A DNA stretch of 63,446 bases, filler included, from Folioceros fuciformis (GCA_049999805.1; 11 parts of 11 records of this genome joined end to end with filler, not necessarily neighbours in it), one strand, 5' to 3'. Counted from the first letter of the whole stretch, positions 1 through 12,300 are shown. The notes: generated from the letters alone by a model not told the origin. Translations and numbers: made by a program.

Positions 1-820
1 GCAAAAGCAGCGTAGTCCAGTAGTACAGCTCCGCGTCCTGCGAAATCGAGTTGGCCGCAGCCAGATCGTCGATCCCCACATTGAACTGTTTGCTCAGACT
101 GCTCAGCTCATCCTGCGGCTGCACCACGTACGTCAGCAGCATATTCGTCTTATTCGCCTGCTGTGCGGGGGTGGGGCAAGCACACCGTAGAGGCACGGTT
201 ATCGTCTGCCCGATTTGCAGATCCGTGGCCGGAGAGGCGGGATTGGAGTCCTCTAAGGCCATAAACGTCACCAGGTTCTGGAACGTGGAGTTGGCGATCA
301 CCACATAGATGTCCCCTTGCAAGAGCACGTAGCTCACGTTCCTCTGGTACAGCCACACGGCCCCCTTGGCCTTGAAGAGCTCGGAGCAGGTGCAGGAAAC
401 CGGCACCCATATGCCCTGCCCCGCCGCAATCTCCCCGGACGCCGACACCTTCGTCCTGGAATTGGCGTCCGTCAAATTCTGCGGGGTCACCTCGAATANN
501 NNNNNNNNNNNNNNNNNNNNNNNNNNNNNNNNNNNNNNNNNNNNNNNNNNNNNNNNNNNNNNNNNNNNNNNNNNNNNNNNNNNNNNNNNNNNNNNNNNGA
601 ATATGTCTGCCACCCCCTGCAGCGTCGTCGGCCCGTCAGCGAAGCCCACCAAGTAATAAACGAAGGTGCTGCAAGAGCTTCCCCCGAGCGTGGCGTCGCA
701 GACATAACCGTCCGTCGGCAACATCCCGTTATACGCCTGCTGGCCTGCGCCGCCACCCACAAGCCAAAACAGCACAAGGGGCAAGAGCCACATCGCCCGC
801 AGCAGTCCGGGATCCGCCAT
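1..820 (-). CDS. LysM receptor-like kinase ectodomain (LYK4/LYK5/NFP-like); runs off window start, so TM and kinase domains are not visible
   Basis: Manual translation from ATG 820: signal peptide MADPGLLRAMWLLPLVLFWLVGGGAG, then QQAY...GYVC...SCSTFVYY...LQGVADIF. After the gap: EVTPQNLTDAN...IWVPVSCTC...YQRNVSYVLLQGDIYVVIANSTFQNL...LQIGQTITVPLRCACPT..Q....MLLTYVVQPQDELSSLSKQFNV...AANSI...YWTTLLL. This is three LysM modules separated by CxC motifs, with no intron. The frame is not reported in the ORF track. Confidence 0.9.
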   Translation of the reverse strand, partial: MADPGLLRAMWLLPLVLFWLVGGGAGQQAYNGMLPTDGYVCDATLGGSSCSTFVYYLVGFADGPTTLQGVADIFXXXXXXXXXXXXXXXXXXXXXXXXXXXXXXXXXXFEVTPQNLTDANSRTKVSASGEIAAGQGIWVPVSCTCSELFKAKGAVWLYQRNVSYVLLQGDIYVVIANSTFQNLVTFMALEDSNPASPATDLQIGQTITVPLRCACPTPAQQANKTNMLLTYVVQPQDELSSLSKQFNVGIDDLAAANSISQDAELYYWTTLLL

Positions 821-1318
821 ACCCTCGCCCGCCTCACCTCGCAAAGCGCATCGGCCCTCCAGTGCCCCGGACGGCAGACGCGGCATGCTTCGGTCTATAC
901 TGCAAGGGTAGGTGCGAGCTGGTGGGGACGATAGTGACGACAGTGGCGCCGCTCGTGAATCGTAAAATCGTAATTCGCGTTTCATTGTCACCCATTCGTG
1001 AATCGTAACTCAGGTGGGCCCTGGACCCTTGACGCTGGAGACCCTGGTCTGGATGTGCTCGTCGTTCGCGAGTCGCCTGTAGGAGTCTCGGACAAGAGGA
1101 AGTCAAAAGTGGCGGCCTCTGAGAATGGAAGATTCCGCGCTGTCGGGGCAACAGCAAGGACGTGACATTACTTCAGACGCCCATGTGCAAAGCGTTTTTG
1201 GCTTTTTGTTGCGTGTCTTCTGGATCAAGAAGCTCCTCCATCTCAGGAACCAGTGCCAACGAGGAACGCCGATAAAGTTGAACATAAAACACTATCGTCT
1301 TCTGCATTATAAATGTTG

Positions 1319-1399
1319 CGCAGCCTGAGAGATTCGAACTCTCGCGGGCGAACCCATGTACTTAGCAGGCACACGCCTTAACCACTCGGCCAAAGCTGC
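1319..1399 (-). tRNA. tRNA-Ser(GCT)
   Basis: Reverse complement GCAGCTTTGGCCGAGTGGTTAAGGCGTGTGCCTGCTAAGTACATGGGTTCGCCCGCGAGAGTTCGAATCTCTCAGGCTGCG. Acceptor stem GCAGCUU/AGGCUGC, A-box TGGCCGAGTGG, anticodon loop CTGCTAA, long variable arm, B-box GTTCGAATC, discriminator G. TATA-like element ~30 nt upstream. Confidence 0.95.
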
Positions 1400-1845
1400 T
1401 TCGACGAAAGGGAAGGAATTAGTATTCTATATAAACATAAAACAAGTAATCGTGCACACTAAGCCTCCCATTTTCATATACCAGCTTCGAATCAACATCA
1501 TGCACTTCGAACCCTCGACCCCAAACCCTCACGACATTGTATTGTAAATTTTCTCAACCCAGTGTTTAAAGGAGACCTTCTTTTGTTTTTTCTTACATAG
1601 GGTGGTCTTTGGTGGTGCTCTCTTCACTACCCCGCACACTTATTCATGAGAGCTGTGTTTAAGATAGTTTATGATCATTTTTTAGATTATTTTATATTCA
1701 TAGATTCTTTGAGAGGCTTTTCGAAGTTTTTTATGTTAGCAAAGGCTACAGCCAAAACCACTATTTCCAATCCAATGTCTTAGGTTTTGGCCTATATTGG
1801 GTTGATAGCATTGGAAAAGCCTACCTTAAGGGTGCACTCTATTAC

Positions 1846-1972
1846 TATTGCACTCATTTGTTTGTTCCATCTATGGCAAATATTGCACTCATTTGTTTGT
1901 TCCATCTATGGCAAACAAATGAGTAGTAGTAGTAGCACTAGATGGCAAATAAATGAGTAGTAGTAGTAGCAC
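1846..1972. repeat. nested direct and inverted short repeats inside the CRE copy
   Basis: 35-bp TATTGCACTCATTTGTTTGTTCCATCTATGGCAAA x2, then AAATGAGTAGTAGTAGTAGCACT x2. TAGATGGCAAATAAATGAGT is near the reverse complement of ACTCATTTGTTTGTTCCATCTA. Confidence 0.85.
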
Positions 1973-3264
1973 TGCTTTTTATTCAATGACGAGCACAAGG
2001 CCAGGGGATTTACTGGGGGCTGCTCTCTTTCCCATTGATATTTTCAAGCAATGTCTTCTACTACCTCGCTGTTTCCATAATGCCTTTTCCCATCCATGGC
2101 TAATGACACTCATATTCTCCCGATCAGGAGACAAAGTTCAAGCACCCTTTCATGCCTTCTCCTCGAAGCTCTCCAAAGTGGGGCTAAGGGTCAAGCTTGT
2201 TAGGTATAGGGTTTGGGAGGGCGGGCATTGCCTCCTCACAAGGAATGTTGAATAGGTAATATGCTAGAGGTAAATATGTTAAAGTACTTTAGCTAGATTC
2301 ACCCTTTGATATCAACACATATACTTTTTGCTTTCTTCTTTATGGTTGTTGTGCTTAAGTAGTTGTTCTCTTCGATGTGTGGGTACCAATGCTTTAGCAT
2401 GTCTGATGTATTTGGCTATTGACTTTATCATGTTAAGGAGTTGAGGCCTAGGGTTTATGTAGGTAGGACCTGATGATTTTATCCATCAGTTTTTGGATGC
2501 GGCTTTGGGCAAAGATTTGGCTCATATTATGGACCTCTCACAAACCCTAAAACCCTTATATTATATTTGGTAATCACTCTTGTTGTTTTGCACAATGACC
2601 ATGTTACCTTACTAAAATTGTTGATCATTCTCTAACTTTCTTAATAAGTCTCCAAAATTTGACAATTAGGTTATATAGACATTTTTGGGGACATAATAGG
2701 TTTCATCACCTTTGAGTGCGGCGTTTGTGATTTGGCTTAGAAACTAGCATCCTCTCTTGTTGCTTTAAGGCCCTCAAGACAACTGGCATAAAGACCTTTT
2801 GGCCACGAGGCCCGTACCCCAGCTGCCCTCCTTTGTATGTGGGCCCTTTTCAATTTAAATTTTGCCTTTAATTTTCTTCTCCAAGATTTCATCTTGAATG
2901 TCGAGAAGGGGGTTTACCCTTTATATGTGTCTCTCAGGCAAGCGAGGGACTTTTTATCTTTGGAGGCTCGATAGGCCCTACCCTCTTCTCTAGAGAAGGG
3001 TGGAGGGGTCTTCAAACACCCCTCTTCGAAAGCAGCATGCGTAGGTGGTAAGAGTCCCTCTCTTAGACTCACCCTTTCTCATGTCTTGTTTGGATCGTAT
3101 CCGCTCTTGTTCAAGTAAAGAAGTGAGCTCTTGGCTGTTGGCTCGACCTTGCATTCACACATTTCGAATTGCCCGGCAACTTTCTCAACCGAGATGGATT
3201 CCCTTAGGGTTAGGCCTCTTTTTTATCTCTCTACATGTAGTTGTGGGGCTACCATCATCGACTC

Positions 3265-3446
3265 AGGGTTCCATCTAGCACGTTCTCCCATATAGGGGCA
3301 GCACATTGCTACCCATGATGTAATCCGGGATATTATGTAACCTATTATATAATCTAGGGTTCCATCTAGCACGTTCTCCCATATAGGGGCAGCATATTGC
3401 TACCCATGATGTAATCCGGGATATTATGTAACCTATTATATAATCT
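3265..3446 (+). repeat. 91-bp tandem duplication
   Basis: AGGGTTCCATCTAGCACGTTCTCCCC...TATATAATCT occurs at 3265 and again at 3356, near-identical. Confidence 0.9.
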
Positions 3447-4426
3447 AGAACAATTCTAAATTGTAATATTCGCACTCCCTCGTCATCAACATCTCAATGG
3501 CATGGGAATGTGGGTTTCTTTTGTACAAGGAGAACTTAATTACATTTGCGCAAAGTGGTTTTGCTTAGAGCCTATCATTTGTTCAAACGTGGAAAATAAG
3601 TTTTGCATCACTAATGTGGTTGTTATGAATCCTATTATGAATTCGATTTGGTTTGCAAGTGCATCAACATCAACCCCCTTATGTGTGACTACCAAAGTCC
3701 ATAAGTATTCTACCTTATAGGAACAACATCTTTTCATCCTCCTTGCTTTGGAGACCTATGGGGCCATCAACAAGGACTTTCAAAGGCTTATTAAGAAATG
3801 TGCAAAGGTGTATCATAGTCATAGGAATAGGGCTCTTCCTCCATCCTTGATGATAGCCTTCTTTTAACAACGCGTATCCATACCTTAGCAAACGACAATG
3901 GGTTCTTTAGAATAGTGACAAGTGCATATCAAGTAACTTCTTTACCCTTCGTTGTAGGTAGCTCTTTTGTCATTTCACATTACAACATTTGAGAAGTAGT
4001 GCGTAGTTCGGGGAATGGTATTCAAGAAAGCTAGACCACCTTTTGACCTTTGGCCCTCTCTGGGTTGTTCCTTCTCATCTTTGACGTAGATGACAATTTT
4101 CATGTGTTTTTCAATAGTATATATGACCATCTAACATAGTAGCTACAAACTTCATGCAAACTCTTAGTTGCAACCACTAGTGATATAAGGGGACTCTCAA
4201 GAGATCATTTGTGTTGCAGATAATTACAACATATATAATACTTTAGTTATACATTGGGTTATACCTAAAACAAAAGGGTAAACCCTAAATACAGTTATGT
4301 AACCGTTTCATGGGTACAGGCTACATCCCCCTAACCCCTAGCAAATTCACTCTAGTCCTTGTTGCAATGTTTGGTGCGCGCTGAGTTTGATCTGAGAATT
4401 TGTCAGTGCATACCAAAAACTTAACT

Positions 4427-4440
4427 TGGTATCACAGCCA
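4427..4440 (+). promoter_or_regulatory. primer-binding site (tRNA-iMet type)
   Basis: TGGTATCACAGCCA, one mismatch to the canonical TGGTATCAGAGCCA, placed just after the putative LTR end. Confidence 0.8.
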
Positions 4441-4555
4441 CGAGGCTTGTTCCTTGATGTGCACATGGCAATTGTTTTTATAATCTATCAGTCATGATTC
4501 AATGGTGGGGTTCTTGGACCCTCCAGCCAAGTAATCCCTAGTTCTCTTTGGAAGG

Positions 4556-5050
4556 ATGCCTCGCAGAAATTTCTGCGCGCAATCCTGGCCAAAGACAGAA
4601 GGTAGAAGGGCGCACCAATTGACTGATTCGGAATTCGAAAGGAGGTACTTCAAGAAGTTTGCAACCGATGCAGAGAAAGCTGAGAGGGCCCAGTTTCTCA
4701 GCGCCTTCCTTGACTCTTTTGCCTCAGCCTCTAACAGCCATAAGTGCGCATCCTGTGACAAACCTGTACCAAGAAATAAGGGAGTTCAGCTCTATCGATC
4801 ATCAAGCATTGAATACATAAAGAAACCGAAGCCTCAACCTGAGACATTTTCAAAGCAAGAAGTAATTCTTAATTCAATTCTAAATATTAAGAGTACAGTT
4901 TTGGAGTATACTACCAGGATTGATAACGTGTTGTCCAAGCAAGAGAAACTTGAGAGTCTTCGTGTTTCAGACCTGATGGCACTTGCAAAACAGGAGCAGG
5001 AGATTATTGAACTCAAGGAGCAATTAGCTCACCTGTCTAAAGCTTCCTAG
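4556..5050 (+). CDS. 164-aa ORF between PBS and gag, in the same frame as gag (CxxC plus coiled coil)
   Basis: ATG-initiated ORF containing HKCASCDK and the heptad-like tail LAKQEQEIIELKEQLAHL. Separated from gag by a single TAG. Confidence 0.5.
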   Translation: MPRRNFCAQSWPKTEGRRAHQLTDSEFERRYFKKFATDAEKAERAQFLSAFLDSFASASNSHKCASCDKPVPRNKGVQLYRSSSIEYIKKPKPQPETFSKQEVILNSILNIKSTVLEYTTRIDNVLSKQEKLESLRVSDLMALAKQEQEIIELKEQLAHLSKAS

Positions 5051-8000
5051 GAACTCTCATTGAAGCGGCTCGCAGGCACAATGCTGGGTGCTACTGCTGA
5101 CACATCATCAGACAGGTTGCAAGAAAAGGGCAGACTTACCCCGAATAATTATGATGCTTGGAGTTTTAGGGTGCGTTGCATCCTAGAAGAAAAACTGCTC
5201 ATGGATGTCGTAGATGGCACTTTACCTAAGAAGGTTGCTGGAATGCCCTCTCGATTGACAACACCAGGAGGCACAGTTAAGAATTGGAACTTAAAGGACG
5301 AACTAGAGTGGGCATCCAAGGACAGGAAGGCACGTACCATACTTGTGTCTTCTATCTCACAAGAGATGATCCCTCATATAAAATTAACTCAGTCCTCAAA
5401 TGAAGTCTGGTCACTTTCATCTGAGACTTATGAGTCAAAAGACATGATGACTGAGGTAGCTGCAACACTGCACTTCCAAAATCTTCGCATGAAGGAGACC
5501 GACTCTGTTGAGAGTCATGTTGCTAAGTTTAGGGCTGCGAGAGCCAAACTAGCATCTTGCGGAGTCATCCTGTCTGAGTCTAGGGCTGCTGTACAGCTAC
5601 TAGCCTCACTCCCTCCTAGTTATGAGCAGTTCAGTTCCAATCAGCAAGCAACAGCAATTGTAGTTCCTGCCACTGTCACTCAGCCTGCATCATCAAACCT
5701 CACTGTTCAGAAAGTTGTTGGAGCCTTGTTACAGGCTGAAGCCAACATGAAATATATGCAAAAGGGAGCATCCTATAGTTCTTACAAACAGAGTGACACT
5801 GCTCTCTATTATGTCAGAGGTCAAGGTAGAGGCAGGAGATGTGGGCGAGGTGGCAGAAGGGGTTTTGGAAGAGGACGTGGACAATCCTTCCAGCCCAACT
5901 CAAACTCCTCTTCATCAACTAAGCCTGGTGACTGCAATTACTGCAACAAACTAGGACATTGTGTTAAAGGCTGCAAGAAGAGGATTAGAGACGAAGCAGT
6001 TAAAGGTAAGCACACATCATAATCGAATATAGCAAGAGCAAGCACTCCTGGTCTACTGGTGGCGTGCCTTGCCTCATCAAAGAAAGGATGTCAGAAGTGG
6101 TTCCTTGACAGTGGTGCCTCAAACCACATGTGCTCAAAGAGAAAGTCATTTCTTACTTATGAGTCTTCCCTCGTTTGCCAACAAATTGCAGTAGTATTGG
6201 GAGATGATTCTACAATATCCATCAGGGGTTTTGGAACTATACAAATTACCTTGAAGGATGGCAGTTTCCTGTTCTTAGAAAATGCTCTACATGTTCCAGC
6301 AATTGCTAAGAAATTGGTTAGTACAATGGCACTTGGAATGGCGAATCAATACAGGATAACTTTTGAAAGCACATAATGTTACATTTCGATGATGTCAGCT
6401 CCAACTGTTCCCATTGCACGAGGAAAGCAACTCTTTGATCTCTATCTTATGGATTTTATATCAGATGTACCTCTAGTGTCTGCAACTGCATCAAGTGCAT
6501 CAGCTCCAGACAAATTAGCTACGAGTGCCTTTAAGTGGCACAGTAGGTTGGGACATCCAAATATCAAAGCTATGCAAAGACTACTGAAAGAAAAGATGGT
6601 AACTGGATTTAGTGAAGCTGAGTTACTTGACCTTGATCTGTGCATTGCTTGTGTACATGGTAAACAATCCAAATCACATTTTGGAAGTGGAAAACCTCGC
6701 AAGGCAACTGATTTGTTAGATTTGGTCCACACAGATATTTGCGGACCAATGTTAGTTAACTCATGGGGAGGAGCAAGGTATTTTGTAGTGTTTGAAGATG
6801 ACAGGTCTCACTTTACTGAACTTCTTCATCAGAAGAGTCAGGTCTTCGACAACTTCAAAAAATACCTAGCATATGCAGAGAGGCAGACTGGACTAAAGCT
6901 AAAATGTATACGTTCTGATAATGCAAAGGAGTACTTATCTAAGGCCTTCCAAGAATTTTGTCAGGAGAGGGGGATTACTCGTCAACTCACCATACCATAT
7001 CATTCAGACATGAATGGACGTGCAAAAAGGAGACACATGACTATTCAAGATTCTGCTAAGGCACTTCTCTTTCAAGGGAGGTTACCAATCCGCTTCTGGG
7101 CAGAAGCTGTACAAGTGCCAACGTACCTACAAAATAGGATAGCTGTCTCCTCTCTTCAGGGTTGTACTCCATTTGAAGCCTGGACTGGCAGTAAGCCTCA
7201 TCTGTCGCACCTTCATGTCTTTGATATTACAGCCTATGCACATATCCTAGACAAGTTGCGTCAGAAGTTTTTCTTTAAGTCCAAGAGATATATCTTCATC
7301 GGGTACACTCCTGGAATACATGGTCATAAGTTGTTTGAACCCTATACACATCGAGTCATTCATGCTTTGTACTGTAGCCTTTGATGAACGCCCTGTCCTT
7401 GAGCCCCATACACATACCTTTGCTGATTCTGTAGACCTTGAGCCTGTAGAACCTGTTCAACCTACTGACATGGGTGTCAATGATCTCATTGAAGATGTGA
7501 TTGACTCGAATGTTGTGGAGTTTCCTAATTACGACTTGTCCTACCTTCTTCTTGATTTACCTGAAGGCTCCCATTCACAGCAGCAACTGTTACCTACAGA
7601 ACAAAAATCATCAGAACCAAACACAGAACTTTCACTGCTTGACCATCTAGCCAGTACTGACAATGATCAGCCTGTTGTTTCAGTACCTATTGTTCCTGAC
7701 CTTTCAGTGCAGGCTGATCCTCTAGATGAGATGTTCGTAGATGATCCAGTGGAATATGTGATGCAAGTTCCTTTGACTGAATCTTCTCAACGGCCTTTAC
7801 GAGTTTGTCGACCTCCTAATCTGTGTCGGGAGCCTCCCTATCGAAGTGTTGATTTTCGTCAAGATCCAGGCTCTCGTAATTCTGATGCTGCTGGAGTTGC
7901 TGTGGACAAAGCTCATGTAATTATCGATCCAGGATATGAGCCTTCCACCTATCATGAAGCAGTCACTGGATCAGAAGCTAAACACTAGAAAGAAGCTATC

Positions 8001-9208
8001 CAATCTGAGTATGACTTGCTGGTGCAAAACCATACCTGGGAACTCTACTCCCCGCCTGAGGGGAAGAAGATTGTCACATCCAAGTGGGTGTTTAAATTGA
8101 AATACAAAGCAGATGGGAGCATTGCCAGGTATAAAGCTCGCCTCGTCCCAAGTCCCAGGCTATGACTATCACAATACTTTTTCACCAGTTGTGAAAAAGT
8201 CTCTTTGAGTGTTGTTCTCCATGTCTGCTTTCTATGGGCTGCACATCCATCAGATGGATGTCAAGATCGCCTTCCTACATGGTAAGGTAGAAGAGGAAAT
8301 ATTCATGCAGCAGCCAGACGGATTTGAAGTTGCAGGAAAAGAAAGCTGGGTTTGTAAGTTACTCAAGACCATTTACGGTCTGAAGCAGAGTCCACGTGCT
8401 TGGTATCAGTGTATCGATGAGTTTCTCCTTGGACTTGGCTTTCTTAAGAGCACTGCAGATACTAATGTGTACTTCCTGCAAGAGCAAACGTGCTATGTTA
8501 TTCTGGGCTCTGTATGTGGATGACTGTATTCTGCTTGGAACCAACCTAGAGGGAATCACAGAGTTAAGGCCTTGTTGTCAAGTCGGTTTGATATGGTCGA
8601 CGTTGGGGAGCTGTCTTATTGTCTTGGCACTCAACTCCAACGTGACCCTACAAACGGGACACTGATCATACATCAAGAGAAGTATATCTACGACATGTTG
8701 TTCAAGTACAAGTTGTTAGATGCCAAGCCTGCACTTACCCCTTTGGAGACAGGGTGTAAACTTGTTAGTTATCAGTCCCTTGAAGGAGATGCTGATGGAG
8801 CCGGTCCCTTATCCTCAAGCTGTCGGCTCTCTTATCTTCTGCTCTAACAACGGTAGGCCTGATGTAGCTCTCTCGGTTAGTATGGTTTCTCAGCATTTGA
8901 AACGACCTGGAAGAGCACATTGGAACAGCAGTGAAAAGGATGCTTCGATATCTTAAGGGAACTAGTGGACATGGAATACATTACACAAAACGAGGCCATG
9001 ATGAGGAAGAGCTTACCCTTATTGGATATTGTGATGCAGACTGGGCAGCAGACTCGGACACTAGGAGGTATGTCTTTGCCTATGCCTTTTTGCTTGCAGG
9101 TGGAGCTGTGACCTTTCTAAAAGGCAATCAACAGTGTCTCTATCTTCCGCTGAGGAGGAGTACTNNNNNNNNNNNNNNNNNNNNNNNNNNNNNNNNNNNN
9201 NNNNNNNN

Positions 9209-9220
9209 TTAATTAATTAA
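9209..9220. other. artificial scaffold spacer (N-flanked TTAATTAATTAA); recurs at ~14036, 18254, 36100, 39952, 43157, 49518, 52992, 56499 and 61181
   Basis: An identical 12-mer giving stops in all six frames, always between two ~44-N blocks. Genes and TEs are truncated at these spacers. Confidence 0.95.
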
Positions 9221-9346
9221 NNNNNNNNNNNNNNNNNNNNNNNNNNNNNNNNNNNNNNNNNNNNGGGCTGGTGCGGGGGCCTTGAAACCTAATTACCAGA
9301 TAGTTGAAATCCTTGAGACGAGAAGGAGAATCAGCTGTGTCTTAAG

Positions 9347-12300
9347 ATGGAGGAATTCGAAGAAGGAGAAATATCGGACGAGGATCAGTCCCAGTCCGCA
9401 GGTCTGAACAGGGAGATACCCATGCTGCAGAAGCGAGCCAGTCTAGATGACGCTGTGCGCTTGCACAGAAAAGCTCATTATGTGCTCAGAGATGAAAAGG
9501 ATGGAAGAGGATGGGAACGTGGACGGGAGGATGAAAATTATCATGCGTTCGAGAAGAACAAGTGGGAGGAAGATAGAGGGTGGAGGAGGGATCCCCTTCT
9601 CTATTCCTCGAGTCCGGGCAAAACTAAATCTTATGCTCACTCCGCACCTTACAACATGGCCTGGGCGCACGCCCTCAAGGAGAGTTCTCCAAAGGCTGGA
9701 CCCCTCCTTTCCAGGTCGAATTTTCGGCCTGGCGATGCTCACCCTGAGATGTCCGAGTATGGAGAAAGTGGCTTTGAACAGGCTGGGGATGTGAGAGGTT
9801 CAAATTGGTCGTCTGGAAGGTCGAGAACGGTGGTCTTGCATGGCAGAGATTCTGACAGAGTTGGTGAAAATGCTACCAGTGGCCTGCCACGGAGTAGCTC
9901 GATAGAGCAAAGCGCTGCTGACAGGCTTGATCTTGGCAAAGGGCACGAAAATAAGGGCACCTCTGACCAGAAGGAGCAAGCAGGTGCTAATGGCAGTCTT
10001 CAGGGCCAACTCTTGAATGGCACAGTGAACGGTAATGAGGCACTGCAGGAAGGGGCTTCAGTACAGGACCTGGAGGAGGGGGAGCTGGAGGAAGGGGAAA
10101 TTGAGCTCGCTGAACCCTCTTTCAAGGAATCTCCATCCAGGCACTTAGAAGAGAGTGAGCAACCAAGCGAGGACAGTCATGATGTGAGGGGAGGTCTAGG
10201 AGCTGTCAGATCAAGGGACATTGCCAGGGGGTTTCATAGAGCAGAGTCTGGATATCATTCCAGAGAACGAACTTTGCTACAGCTTGATTACCCAAGGCAG
10301 CAGGTTAGATGGGAGCGAGACAGGCCACGGCCGTTCAAGGAGGCAGAGCTTAGTCAAGAGAGACTTTCAAGGGAGAATCTCGACGATAGGAGAACCACTT
10401 CTGACAGGAAAGACATCTTATCCTCCGTGACAAGGCTTGTTAAAAATGCAACTGTGAGGGATGCCCTGAAGTAAGAACAAACTGGGATGTCTGTTTCCTG
10501 CACAGTTCTGTTCGATGGTGACAGTTGAAAGACTTTATTAACTCTTTTTTTGTAACATTTGCAGAACATTTAGCGCTGTTTGCAAACGACTCTGTAAAGC
10601 TCTTAAGTTTCTTGACGAGCTTAGTAGCCCTCAAGGGGATAGGTCAGCAGATGGGACTTCTGGACGGCTAGCCCCTGATGTTTCTGCATTGGCACGACAA
10701 GCGTTTGATGGCATTCGTTCCGTCTTCACTGTGAGTTGTCCACAAGTTTCAATTTTGCAGTGTGTGCCTGTCTCAGGTTGTAAGGGCCATGGTAGCGTTG
10801 GACTCTATTTGCGATCATTGTGGCAACTGCAGATCTGGAATACAGCGAGTGGAAGAGAGCAAGAGAGGGACAAGGAGCTTTTTCCAAGGTGCGGTTATGC
10901 ATGGAATTTCGTGCAGTTGCTGAACACCTTTCTGTTACTATGTGCCAGTGTGGTCACATGGAAATTTTGCCTTGTTGCAGGCTGTTGGATCTCGCCAATG
11001 GTCTTGCACCAAAGCTGTTTAGAAAAGAAACCCGAGAGGTGAGTTGCGCATGCATGCTCCAAAAGTCATGTGGAAGTTTGTGCCTCATGCTTGTAACTGT
11101 TCTAAACAAGTTTAGCTGCTGTTCGTTGTGCAGCTGGAAGACATGAGGCAAACTGTTGCTAAAGCCAGCCGGAATTCTCAATATCAAGTTTCGGATGCAC
11201 GAACTGCTAATACCAGTAAGAACTGCCTGCCAAGAAACTCTAAGCATGAGGAATCTCCGGGAAACTCTACATCAGCGACTACTTTAGTGGAAAATTATGT
11301 GTCCAGATTGTCTACAGACACGGAAAGCACAACAGAGACGAGGAGTGAGAAATTGGCAGATGCTAATCAGGCAATGGTTGCTGCTGCAATGGCCTACGCC
11401 CAGAGTTCTGCTGCAGCTCGTGCCACTGTTCCTGTGGACATCAGGTCTAGGAGCTCTGGGAGTCAGCTTCCGGGAGTGCAGCTGCCTCCATGGCCTTGGG
11501 CTGCAGGAGGCCGTCAGCCCTCAGCCGCCAGACCAATCTTGAATGGCGTGCCAAGTATTACCAGTAGGCCGCTGCTCCCATTTCCGGCATACAGGCCCTG
11601 GATTGAGACTGAAAGACCTGTATTTCGGGGCGGTAATGCACCTGTTGGACCTGCCTGTCAAGTAGAAACCGTACCTTATACATTTCCCAACATTGAGGAT
11701 GAATGGGAGGAAATGAGTCCCCCAGGTAAGTCTACTTATCTCTCATCAGCTGCCATGAACCGGACACATGCACCTGAGCCAAGGGCTGCTGATTCTTGGC
11801 GTCCTAGATTTGACCCACCAAGGACCGCAGCGTCTTATGGAAGGATTCCAAGCACAGAATTCACAGGTGACAGGTTGCCCAGCCCCACCCCTCCGGATGA
11901 ATCTGAGANNNNNNNNNNNNNNNNNNNNNNNNNNNNNNNNNNNNNNNNNNNNNNNNNNNNNNNNNNNNNNNNNNNNNNNNNNNNNNNNNNNNNNNNNNNN
12001 NNNNNNNNAGTCAGTTCTGACTGCCTTCGATAATGAGAAATTGCAGCTGCTGGATCCGTTTCAGCTTTCAACACAAGCTATGATGAGGTTGACTGCTCCC
12101 TCAGATCTTGTGCCTGCTCCTTGCACTGTGGGCATTCCAGCATCCGCAGGGCTAAGCAGAGACCTAGTAGTAGTGAGCCTGCCCACATCTGTCCAGCCAC
12201 GTGTGTGGAATGAGCAACGCGCCCAATCAGTTGTGCTCCCTCCGATCCCTCCCCCTGTTATGGCTCTCCCTCCCATGAGTCTCCCTCCCATCACTGGAAA

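Larger units (their letters stand above)
1560..4115 (+). mobile_element. decayed CRE-clade (RLE-type) non-LTR retrotransposon, copy 1
   Basis: Degenerate motifs in order: LEKPTLRVHSI (~1812; RT LxKPxGxRPI), STRPGDLLGAALF (QGDPL motif), SMANDTHI (YADD-type), RIRSCSS..SWLLARPCI, HLAR..G..IATHD, KVHKY..FILLALETYG..QRVSI (RLE nuclease end). Homologous to 44800-47100. Many stops and frameshifts. Confidence 0.7.
4210..9164 (+). mobile_element. Ty1/copia LTR retrotransposon: 5' LTR, PBS and disrupted gag-pol; 3' end cut by scaffold break
   Basis: Probable LTR 4210-4425 (TGTG...), PBS at 4427. Gag NYDAWSFRVRCIL with zinc knuckle CNYCNKLGHCVKGC; protease WFLDSGASNHM; WHSRLGH...CIAC; integrase LVHTDICGP and IRSDNAKEY; RT EPSTYHEAV, QMDVKIAFLHG, YGLKQSPRAWY, LYVDD; RNase H GYCDADWA. 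Copia domain order with in-frame stops and frameshifts. Confidence 0.95.

Noticed and set aside
51..934. Plus-strand and alternative-frame ORFs listed at the window start
   Set aside because: Shadows of the real minus-strand LysM receptor frame.
9209..9220. Recurrent TTAATTAATTAA as a biological repeat or regulatory motif
   Set aside because: Always embedded in fixed-length N runs; an artificial six-frame stop spacer.
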